From: Octopus vulgaris
Lineage: Eukaryota
Direction: 5' to 3'
Assembly (NCBI GenBank): GCA_951406725.2
Contig: OX597816.1
Span: 133,920,001-133,984,000 of the forward strand
Length of the DNA: 64,000 nucleotides
Shown one piece after another: positions 53,949 to 64,000 of the stretch. Numbering within the stretch: position 1 is the stretch's first letter; each line of letters begins with the position of its first letter. The notes under the pieces were generated by a model, which saw only the letters and a list, made by a program, of their open reading frames with translations, did not search any database and had not been told where the DNA came from. The position numbers were made by a program, and so were the translations under genes.

Positions 53949-54021
53949 ATTAAACAAATTTTAGAAGGCAAACTGTTCCCAATGAAAGCACTTGGCTACT
54001 TTGCTGTTGTTACTGGTAAAG
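53949..54021 (+). CDS. OPA1: OPA1 GTPase exon
   Basis: IKQILEGKLFPMKALGYFAVVTGK, 73 nt. Confidence 0.97.
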
Positions 54022-54257
54022 GTAAGTAGAAAAGAAGTTTGAACTTTGAAACACATGGGATTAAGCCTTCAATAATGTTCTTTTTCTAAAATCATTAATA
54101 CTCTGCAGATTTCATATTACTGTTTTGATATTTGATTTAAAACTTTGTAGTTTAAATATTAAAATAATTTTCACTATTTATGGAATTAGGAAGAAATATT
54201 TTTTCATGCCATTGTCATATAAAATAACCAGTTTAAAAATAAGGACACTATTTACAG

Positions 54258-54330
54258 GTAACAACAGTGACTCTATCCAATCAATCAAAGATTATGAGGA
54301 AAGCTTTTTCCGGCGTTCCAGACTTTTCAA
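54258..54330 (+). CDS. OPA1: OPA1 exon
   Basis: GNNSDSIQSIKDYEESFFRRSRLF(K), 73 nt. Confidence 0.95.
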
Positions 54331-54495
54331 GTAAGTTACATTCTTTGCTATTTTAACCCTAATCCAACTTTCAAACAGTTGCTTCTAACAGTTAGCCCCT
54401 ATTTGCTCCACTTTTTTCTATTTCTTCACTCTAGTCCAAGTCCAACTGACATTTAACTGTAGTTGCATTGTATTTTGTTATATTTTATTTTACAG

Positions 54496-54611
54496 AGATG
54501 GTGTCATGAAACCATCTCAAATGACAACCCACAATTTAAGTATGGCAGTGTCAGACATCTTCTGGAAAATGGTAAGGGAGACTGTTGAACAACAAGCCGA
54601 TGCCTTCAAAG
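54496..54611 (+). CDS. OPA1: OPA1 exon
   Basis: [38 protein letters not shown], 116 nt. Confidence 0.96.
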
Positions 54612-55762
54612 GTGAGTTCTTGAAAGATTCTGTTGCTCTTCAATTACTTAACACTTCTCTCAGAGTATTATTTCATCATTATCATCATAAGGATCATTAT
54701 TTTTTTACAAACATTTAAAGTCTAAGATTGCTAGGGAAGAGGAAAAGCAGTAATGTGATGTTGGTTACATGTTAGCAATAGAAGTGAACTGAAATGGTAA
54801 AATGATTTACCAACTCAGCTCACTAAGTGTGTCTTCACCCCACCTTAGCTATATGGTGCTCACTGTTTAAAAATTTGGACCTGAACATTTCTTGGTAAGC
54901 TGAAAGTCATTTCCAGCAGCTAGCAACTTTGGACAGTACTACTATAAACCTTATGTATTAGTAGGTAGATCATACCAGTGTCAATAAGGTACCTTGAATT
55001 ATAAACAATTAAGTAGTTTTTGCAATGTGGTATATTGTAGGTATTGATTTAGCTCTATGCCAGAATTTTTGTTTTTACTTACTGTGTGGAGGAAGTGTCC
55101 ATGGCCTTAGGAAACTATCCTAGACTGGTGAGATAAATACCATTAATGTTTCTCCTGAACCTTTGTAAATTAACATCTGCAGGAAAGACATGAGAATGGA
55201 GGGAACTCTAGAGGGCTTGACATTCGAATTAGAGAGAATTCATGTTTCTATAAAATTCTCTGAGCTATTCTATTCTCATTTTGAAAGTAAACATTTACTC
55301 TTTAGCGTCCGGTAACCTTAGTTTTGTTGGTCTTCTCCATATGATTCAGTGGATATTATTCTTAAATCCCTTCAACACTAACATTCAGATTATTCTGTCA
55401 AATGTTATGCTTATTCACATTGTTTTGTATTAATCATTGCTTATCTTGTAGCTTTGTGTATGAAGAGTATGGATGTGAAGAAAAAAGAGATTATAGCATC
55501 CAATGCAAAATTTAAATTAGTCATAAAACACACTACTTGTGCAGCTTCTAGAGAATTTGTTTTTATTGAGAGCAACATTAGGTTATGGAGAAAGACAATG
55601 AAGCCCAGCTACATCAAATGCCAAACAATAAACAGTCTCTGAGAGGAAAGTAAGTTCTCTATCCAGAACTGGAGAAAGAATTGGCTGAAAGGTGAATAAT
55701 GAGATAAAAGATGTATATGTTGTAACAACAACACTTGTTGTTATACACACATTTTATTCTAC

Positions 55763-56036
55763 TGTTGTGATGAGAGTTATGACGTCCCCTTGTGAGAGAT
55801 AGACTGGTCTGAGTAAAGTATAAATAGTAACAATCTGAGTGAATTCAAGAATTCAGAGTTCAGAGTCGAGTGAAGTTTGTGTTAGTTCGCAGTGAAGCCA
55901 GAAGGTTAGTTCAGAAGGAATATTGATTGTTGGTTCATAAAGAGTTTTGCTAGTTCATTACGTTATTTTTATTGTTGTCTGGTTATTTTATTTATTGTAC
56001 ATAACAAATTACATTACAACATCTGGTGATGAGGAT
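55763..56036 (+). mobile_element. LTR (259 bp) followed by a primer-binding site
   Basis: TGTTGTGA...TTACAACA ends, internal TATAAATA, then tcTGGTGATGAGGAT. Confidence 0.75.
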
Positions 56037-56624
56037 TTTGAAGCTCACATAGGTTATTTAACAATTTGTTTGAGATTCAATTTGTTAAATTGTTGGTTTC
56101 TTTATATATTTATATACTATTATACTGTAGCCTTTCAATAGTTTTTAAGCAAAAGACGCATGGCTTAGTGGTTATGATATTCAACTCACAAACGTAATGT
56201 CATGAGTTTGATTCCTGCAAAAGTCAGAATCAAGTCAGATTTTAGTGTTTGTTAGCTTTTTGGTTTTTTGTGTTTTAAAATTTGCAGCAATATTATGTTG
56301 ACTTCCTTAAAAAATATAAAGATGCACTCAAGAATCACATTATTCAAAAGGATAAAATACACTACTGTGTTTATGTTTTGAGAAAAGCATTTCTTTGGAG
56401 AAGTGAAAATAGGGTGGAGGTGGGTTGCTTGAAATGTTAATGTGTTGTTTCCCCATTGCATCCAAACTTCTCAAAATTTGTAAACTTTATTAACCCTTTA
56501 ACAATCATATGACTCAGTCAAATGTAATACTTATTTCTTCATATTGTATTGAATTAAACATGCATTATCTCATTGTTCTGAGATTCTCTAAAATGAAATA
56601 TTCTTCATTTTTCTTCTTCTCTAA

Positions 56625-56783
<159 letters not shown>

Positions 56784-58413
56784 TGATTGTGTTGAATCAT
56801 CTTGGTAGGATTAGAAAAACAAAACAAAAACAATAAAACAATACAGTGGATAATATAAAAAGAACTAGGAATTTTTATGTAAGTAGGCTGGACTTGTTTG
56901 TAAAAAGACCTAGTCCTTTAAACATTTTAACAGAGTATCTATTCTAAGATATAATTTCCTAAATACATAGCTTAACTAAAGTAAGACTAGAATCAAATTG
57001 TTAATCAAATGATAAAATTGTTATAACACATCTTTCCAAATTTAGAAACAGCAGAATGCCACCTTAGTTGCATACTAATTTGCAGTTAGGGTTTTTTTTT
57101 TTTGCTTTGCTTCAGTATGAAAGCCAACTAAGAATTTTGACCTCCCTTTGAAGTTAATGAAATCAAGTTATGTAAGGGACTGTAATGTTCAAAATTTATA
57201 CACTAATTGCAAGTTTGTTTTTGTTGTTTAACCCAGGTCAGCCTTGTTTGAGAAAGCCTAAAATATAAGTGGTATTTTAGTAATGATATTTGATTGTATT
57301 TTCAGACCTAGTTTTATCAAAGACTGTATTATACGGTGTGTCTTTTTCTTTTTTTTTTTTAAGTTAGTAGCATATGATTTCAGGAAAACTTGACTGCTAT
57401 TTTCAGCAGATTGTACAATCACATAGAAGTAACTTGGTTGGTCTTAGTCTCTCAATGCTCAGCATGTCTTGAGCACATTTTTCGTTGGATCAAGTTTGGA
57501 ATGCTGTGTTTCGGAATGATTGCTAGCATGTAATTAGCTAATGTTGTATTATTTAATGACTTGTATATATTGCTAACAGTCATTATTTAACAATACATTC
57601 TAAGATCAGCTTTAGTTTAGTGCTACTGTGAATGTAACTAATAACTTGTGTTCTTTTTTATAAGAACTGTATTATAATAGTGACTGTGTTGTGACATAGT
57701 TTAGATGTTCAGTTGGAGTTGTTATGACACAGTAGCTTCACTCTCTCATCCTGCACATTTAACTTGCATTCTGCTTTGATCATTGTAGTTTATATATATG
57801 TGCAGTGGACATATTTTGGGCATTTGCATGATCAGGTGTTTGATGTCTTTCTGAGCTATTGAACTTAAAAAATTAGAAGTATGTATATACGTAATAAATG
57901 TTAGCACGGCCAAAGAATTAAGAAGATTGCTTCACCATCACAAAGTCTTGAGTTCAACTCCAATAAGCTGCACATTAGCCAAGTGTTTTCTACCATAGCT
58001 TTGGGTAGTTAGAAACTGTGATGAAGCACATCAGTTGGACTGTACTTCTATTTCAAAAGGCACAAGCTTGTCCTACATTATTCTGATGAATCTATCTGAG
58101 AATTATATGAAGGGTACAGCATTCTGTGGAATATTGAACCACTTAGGCTATAATCCAATGAGTAGATAGTTTCATTAATAACACCTAGAATACTCACTAT
58201 ACAAAATTTCATATATTTATACATATATATACACACACAAATTCAAATTGTGATGGTGGAGGTGGTGGGGTTTCAGAAAAATGTAATTCTGAATATTATA
58301 TAAATATTTTAGTGTGTTTCATGTTGATAAATTTCATGAGGTTAGTTTTTTAATATCAAAACAGAATTGATAAACAGTTATGTATCTTTTTTTAATTTTT
58401 TTTTGTTGTCTAG

Positions 58414-58490
58414 GATGAATTGTTTGAAAAAGCTCGAGGTGAAATTCTTGATGAGATCATTGACTTGAGTCAGTTGACTCCTAAACAATG
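58414..58490 (+). CDS. OPA1: OPA1 stalk exon
   Basis: DELFEKARGEILDEIIDLSQLTPKQ(W), 77 nt. Confidence 0.96.
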
Positions 58491-59212
58491 GTGAGCTTTT
58501 GTTTTTTGTTCTACTTTTGCATTAATTTTACATATTTGCAAATGAAACATATTTTTATAGTTGGATATTCTCCTTGAAGTTAATTACTTAAATAACAGAA
58601 GGAGTGACACTGGAGACAAGGTGTAATAAGATACCTTGTCAAAGGGATCAATGTAACTATGCTAATAATATCATTATGCATTGTAATCCAGTACCCTATC
58701 TTCCTAAGTACTTAATTTTTACTCTTCAACTTCAGCATCAATGAGCTAGAAAGAATACAAATAAAATGTAGTGAGGGAGATGAAGAAAGAAACAGAGATG
58801 ATGTATTGTAGAACTTACTAGGCCATATTAGCATAGAAAGCTTGACCTCTACAAAATGGTTTCTGGTTCTTTCTAATTTTGGCAGAAGGCCAGAAATTTT
58901 GATGGGGAGGGGGCAAATCAGTTACAGTGACCCCAGTACTTGGCTGACACTTATTTTATTAATCCTGAAAGGACGAAAGGCAAAGTTGACCTCAGAGGAA
59001 TTTGAACTCAAAATGTAAAGAGCCAGAAGAAATGCCACTAAGTATTTTGTCTGATGTGCTAACAATTCTACCAGCTCACTGCCTTTTGATATCTATGAAA
59101 TTGAAGCAATCGAACACTTGTTTAACATGATTTCTTGTTGATCTGCTTTTTGCAACATTGCTTTTCTTGTAGTTTGATTTTTTACAATCTGTAATATATA
59201 TATTTATATTAG

Positions 59213-59305
59213 GGAAGAAGCCTATTATAATCAGCTACGGAAGACAACTGCTACATACTTTTTTGAAAATATCTACTTACCAGCAGCACAGTGTGATAAT
59301 CCTGG
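59213..59305 (+). CDS. OPA1: OPA1 stalk exon
   Basis: EEAYYNQLRKTTATYFFENIYLPAAQCDNP(G), 93 nt, phase 2-2. Confidence 0.94.
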
Positions 59306-60412
59306 GTAAGTATTTTTTACACTATAGTATTGTCAGAATAACTCCTTATATTAATTGAAATCATTTCTTTGCTGTGATGAAAAAAGTTTCTCACACATTA
59401 AATAGTCAGGTAATGCCTAGGTTCATGAAGGTGAATGGCTTAGTAGCTAGAGATTTTGGCCCATGATCATAACGTTGTGAGTTTGATTCCTGGTGGCGTG
59501 TTGTGTCCTTGACCACGACACTTTATTTCATGTTGCTCCAGTCCATTCAGCTGCCAAAGATGATTTGTACCTATAATTCAAAGGGCCAGCCTGAACCTCT
59601 CCAAGAAATAAGTTAAGGGTTGACATGTTTATGGAGTGCTTAGCTACTTGCACATTAATTTCATGAGCAGGCTGGAACACTCATCATAACTGACAGAGTT
59701 CAGTGTCTAAGTTAATGTTAATATTGAACTGTTTAGCATTTAAACTGGCCATGTCTAGCTCAAATGATCTACTTGTTTTCTGTTAAAACTAGCCTGATCT
59801 GACCTCTCATGCCTATCCTACAATGTCATCCTAAAAATAAACAATCACATCATTGAGATTTCAAACTACAAGATAATGCATGATTAATTCAAAACGATGT
59901 GAATAAATAAGCATTACATTTAACAGACTAATGTGAATGCTAAAGGGTTAATGCATAAAGCATTAAAAAGCTGGTACCAGGGGACCCTAGAAACCCCTAA
60001 TTTAGCCTATCTAAATTTATAAATTGCTTGTAAATTGCAGCAGTACTGTCATTAGCTATTTTCAAATGATAACTAGCACACAATTGAGATTCATGTACTT
60101 TTCTTTTTAAATGTCATAGAAATAACCTCAGTTTACTTTGGTGCAGTTTTTAATTCAGTATTATGTAGAATCTGTAAGACGTAGTTTGGGCTAAGTGTAT
60201 TCTTGACTTGTTCCTGTTTTTTTATAATTTTGCACAAGTTGTTGTTTGCTCCAATGCATCCTTACACTAATATTTTAGACTTAATGTGTCATTGTTTTTA
60301 TGTAAGTTTTGTCATTTTCCTTTTGTTAATAAATTTAACTTTTGTTTGATAAATGCATATTAACAATTATTTATTTTGTCTTTGTTTTTGTTGTCTCTAT
60401 ATAATTATGCAG

Positions 60413-60485
60413 TACTTTTAATACCACCGTTGATATAAAATTGAAGCAGTGGGCTGATTCTTTATTACCAAAGAAATGTGTTCTG
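60413..60485 (+). CDS. OPA1: OPA1 stalk exon
   Basis: TFNTTVDIKLKQWADSLLPKKCVL, 73 nt. Confidence 0.95.
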
Positions 60486-60827
60486 GTAAATATATAAAAT
60501 ATTTTGGTTTATAATTTATAATTATAATATAAGTTCTTTTATGTAGTGTTTTAAGTAAATTTCACATATAATACATAAATAGTTCTAGATGTTTTCCAAG
60601 TCAAGTATAATGCATTTTTGTGGTTGCTTGACCTGCTAGAAATAGTTATCAAATCTCTACCTTAATTAAGGAAAGGACACATTAGACAATATGGTCTTAG
60701 ATATGCTATCTGAGAAAAAGATAAGGTCATGGTTAGAACACTTATTATAGGCTTGCTTGATCGAAGTAGATCTGTGATTCAGTAATAGCATCTAAAGTTT
60801 CTTACATGAGAGATGGAAAGAACAAAC

Positions 60828-61054
60828 TTAACCCTTTAGTATTTAAACCGGCCATATCCGGCCAAAATAGTTGATCTGTTTTATGTTCAAACTGACCAGA
60901 TCCAGGCTCTCACACCTACCCTACAATGTTATTCTACATTAAGTAATTACACCATCAAGATCTTGAAGATATGAGATAATGCATGATTAATTTAAATCAA
61001 TGGGAATCAATAGGCATTATGTTTGATAGAATAATCTGAACACTAAAGGGTTAA
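60828..61054 (-). mobile_element. TTAA MITE family D
   Basis: TTAACCCTTTAGT...ACTAAAGGGTTAA. Confidence 0.85.
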
Positions 61055-61100
61055 AGGTCTAAAGAAAATCCTTTCTATTCTCTCAGAAAATGTAACTCAT

Positions 61101-61306
61101 TGTTGTGGCGAGAGTATGACATCTTCTGATGAGAATAGACAGAACAACTACATTATAAATAGCAGTGATCTGACATAGGCGGCAGTTTATAGTTTTGTCT
61201 TTGAAGTCCAGATACAGTTTACAGTTCGAGCGAGCATGTTGGAAATATTGATTGTTGGTTCATTACATGTTTTTTATTGATGCTGCTATTTTGTATTGAT
61301 ATAACA
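61101..61306 (+). mobile_element. Solo LTR related to 55763-56021
   Basis: Shares the tgttgtg..gagag start, tataaatag and aatattgattgttggttcat; ends ataaca; no clear TSD. Confidence 0.6.
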
Positions 61307-62459
61307 CTGTTAGGGTGTATTCTTTATCTATTGTTAACAATATCAACCATATTATGATATTGGAGGCTTAAGGATATAACACTCACAAATGGTTTTTGTC
61401 ATGCTAGACTCAGAAAATAAATACTACTTTGTTTAAGCAAATCTACAGAAAATATACTTTTTCTGGTGCTTTTTATGTGCCACCGGCATGGGAGCCAGTC
61501 AGGCTGCACTGGCAACAACCACACTTGAATGGTGCTTTTTACATGCCACCAGCATGGGTGCTAATCAGGCGGTACTGTCATCAGCCATAATGATGACTTC
61601 ACCTGCCTCAACAGGTCTTCGCAAGCACAGTTTATTGCCCACCATTATTATTACTGATTTGAATTAAATATTAATATTCATGTTAGTATTAGAATATTAG
61701 ATATTAAAATTCTAAACAGTGTTATGTTGGTAAAAGTAAACTAGTTTTTATTTTCTGAAATTATATATTTTTCATCATATTAATTAGTACAATGAAGAGA
61801 GCTGGTACTCAGAGCCTTTGCAGGCTCTTGCAAACTAACAAGCTTTTCAAGACCAGTAGGTCATCTTGATGAGGAAACTGTAAATTGACTGCTCCTGGAC
61901 ACTACTCTCAAGGGCTGATTGCCAGGCTTCCATGGTATATAAGTGACCAAGATTACAACATACTCTGAAAGGGACACAAGTCCATCACAAGGTTACTCAT
62001 TTACAGATGACTGGACTGGAGCAACATGAAACCAGGTGCTTTGCTCAAGAACATAATGTACCATCCAAACCAGGAATCAGAATGGTAATCATGCAATCTT
62101 AAATGCACCACTTTCACCACCTGGTCACCTGCCATCACAGGCATAAGGCTGTGAAGTGTCTCTTAATTCATACTTGAAGATTAAGCACTAGAGAGTGGAC
62201 AGCATAGTTTGTAAAGAATTGGATGGTAAAGTGTCAAAGAGAAAATGTAGGCTTTACAATGCGATGGAAAATTTTCAGAATGCTTCTGTAGGTGTTCTAA
62301 AAGCTTAAATGTGGTAAGGATGGAAAATAAATTTCAGATTTATCTTACTTACGGCCATCAAATTTTAATCTTTTAATTCATTAAATGGAGACAAAAATTA
62401 TTTGAGATTGTTTAATTTGAGCACTGTATACAATAATTTCATTATTATTATTTTTATAG

Positions 62460-62615
62460 GTTGGTTGGAATACTCTACATGAAGAATTTGGTAAATTAAT
62501 GGACAGAGAGGACCGACTAAAAGAACATGATAATATTTTTGATCAACTAAAGCTTGCAGTGAAAGATGCTTCTCGGAAGAGACATGAATGGGATGTTAAA
62601 GCAGAAGAAAGTTTG
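62460..62615 (+). CDS. OPA1: OPA1 stalk exon (last in window)
   Basis: VGWNTLHEEFGKLMDREDRLKEHDNIFDQLKLAVKDASRKRHEWDVKAEESL, 156 nt. Confidence 0.96.
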
Positions 62616-62968
62616 GTAAGTTTTCCAACAGCTGCAAAATGTTTTGCATTTATTTATTTATTTAATAATGAAAAAAGTAATAACAAATAGAAATTCATTT
62701 GTTCTAGCAACTCAAGAATTCCAATATAGAAACTTTTTCATTTCTCTTTTGTTAAACATTTTTTGTTAATCCTTATACATTTATTTCTCTCTGTTTTTTT
62801 TTTCATTCTCTCTCCATTTTTTTTTACCTCTCAATCCTTTCTGTTGAACAGGTAGACTCAAAATGTCAAAGACTTTTCTATTCCCAAGTGTCAAACTAAT
62901 ACACCTGCTTGTTGTTCCCTCACCTGTCTTTGTCTTTTGTTTTCTGTAAATTTGAACTAATGCACGCA

Positions 62969-62970
<2 letters not shown>

Positions 62971-63011
<41 letters not shown>

Positions 63012-63017
63012 ACACAC
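62971..63017. repeat. (CA)n microsatellite
   Basis: Direct reading; others at about 21956-21988 (TA), 22104-22134 (TG), 42837-42862 (TG) and 49560-49615 (TA/GA). Confidence 0.95.
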
Positions 63018-64000
63018 CAAGGTGAATGATTAATTATCTACAATACAAATACATAAAAAAAAAAACAGTCACTGGTGACGATTTTTACCTAGGTGTCACC
63101 TACATTACAATAGTGATCCAAATATCATTGGCAGATTTCAAAACGATTTTGTTTCTGTAATTATGTAAGTTGTTTTGGTCTTGCACAAATCTAAAGCCAA
63201 ATCTGTTATGATAATGATCTTGCTGGTGTTGGTGTCACTAAAAAGGCACCCAGTACACTCTGTAAAGTGGTTGGCAATAGGAAAGGCATCCAGCTATAAA
63301 ACTTGTGCTTGAGCAGACAGTAAGGCTGTGGCACAGTCTTCTGGTTAGTCAGCCCCTGTCAAACCATCCAAAGCATGCCAGCATAGAAAATGGCTGTTAA
63401 ATGATGATGAAATGTGTCTGATTTGCATATTATTTACCACTTTATCATTAGTCACCTGTCTGTTCAAGAGAACCATGCCACAGAATCTTTGAATTTTATC
63501 ATCAACCCAGTTCCTTCTTGGTGTGTAATATTGTATGACTATTTCTAAAATTTTCAAATCTTTCATAGAGGAGGTAGTTCTCAGCAGCAAAACACTTTTT
63601 GTTGAAACTTCCATAAGAGTTCAATCCTTAATACATCTTCAGCCCACAGAAAATGGTTCAGGGAATGCTGCTTGTATTTGGAGCAAACAGAAACTGGCAT
63701 GGCCATGGGTCATGTAATAAGGCTGGGAACTTAATTGAATTTCATGTTCAAACCTCCACCCTTAGTGACTGGAAGGAAGCCACATCTTGTGATGCAATAC
63801 ACAAATAATTTTCCTGTCAGTAAGTGAAAAATATTATAAGAGTGCTGCAGATATTTAATGACTCTCATCATCATCTAAATTTCCATGCCTGCTTTTCTGT
63901 TTGTGTGTGTTGGATAAATCCTTTCCAACAGTGCCATTTGTTGCATTCTTTTGTCATCTCTTTTGTGAAGTTCAATAGGTACAGGTGTGGCAGTGTGGTA

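Noticed and set aside
61125-61150. CTGATGA inside the solo LTR
   Set aside because: No downstream GAAA box or stems; chance match.

Overview
AT-rich, intron-rich animal DNA; the repeat families suggest a coleoid cephalopod (Octopus-like), which is an inference. Two genes are arranged head-to-head around a short shared promoter at about 9.6-9.87 kb. On the minus strand is the 5' part of GTF2H2 (TFIIH p44): three coding exons plus a probable 5'UTR exon, running off the left edge. On the plus strand is OPA1 (mitochondrial inner-membrane dynamin GTPase): I reconstructed 23 exons from 9868 to 62615 with GT-AG junctions and continuous phase, running off the right edge. The OPA1 intermembrane linker is much longer than in human and contains two frame-preserving phase 1-1 exons: a 492-nt acidic exon with a 3x11-aa repeat, and a 60-nt hydrophobic exon placed like vertebrate exon 4b. 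Introns carry tRNA-derived SINEs, RTE and CR1/L2-like LINE fragments, TTAA and hAT MITEs and LTRs. Two OPA1 intronic inverted-repeat elements carry minimal hammerhead-ribozyme motifs antisense to the gene; one also has a tRNA-like head and an 11-bp target-site duplication. All calls are manual, and comparisons to human proteins are from memory, not from database searches.
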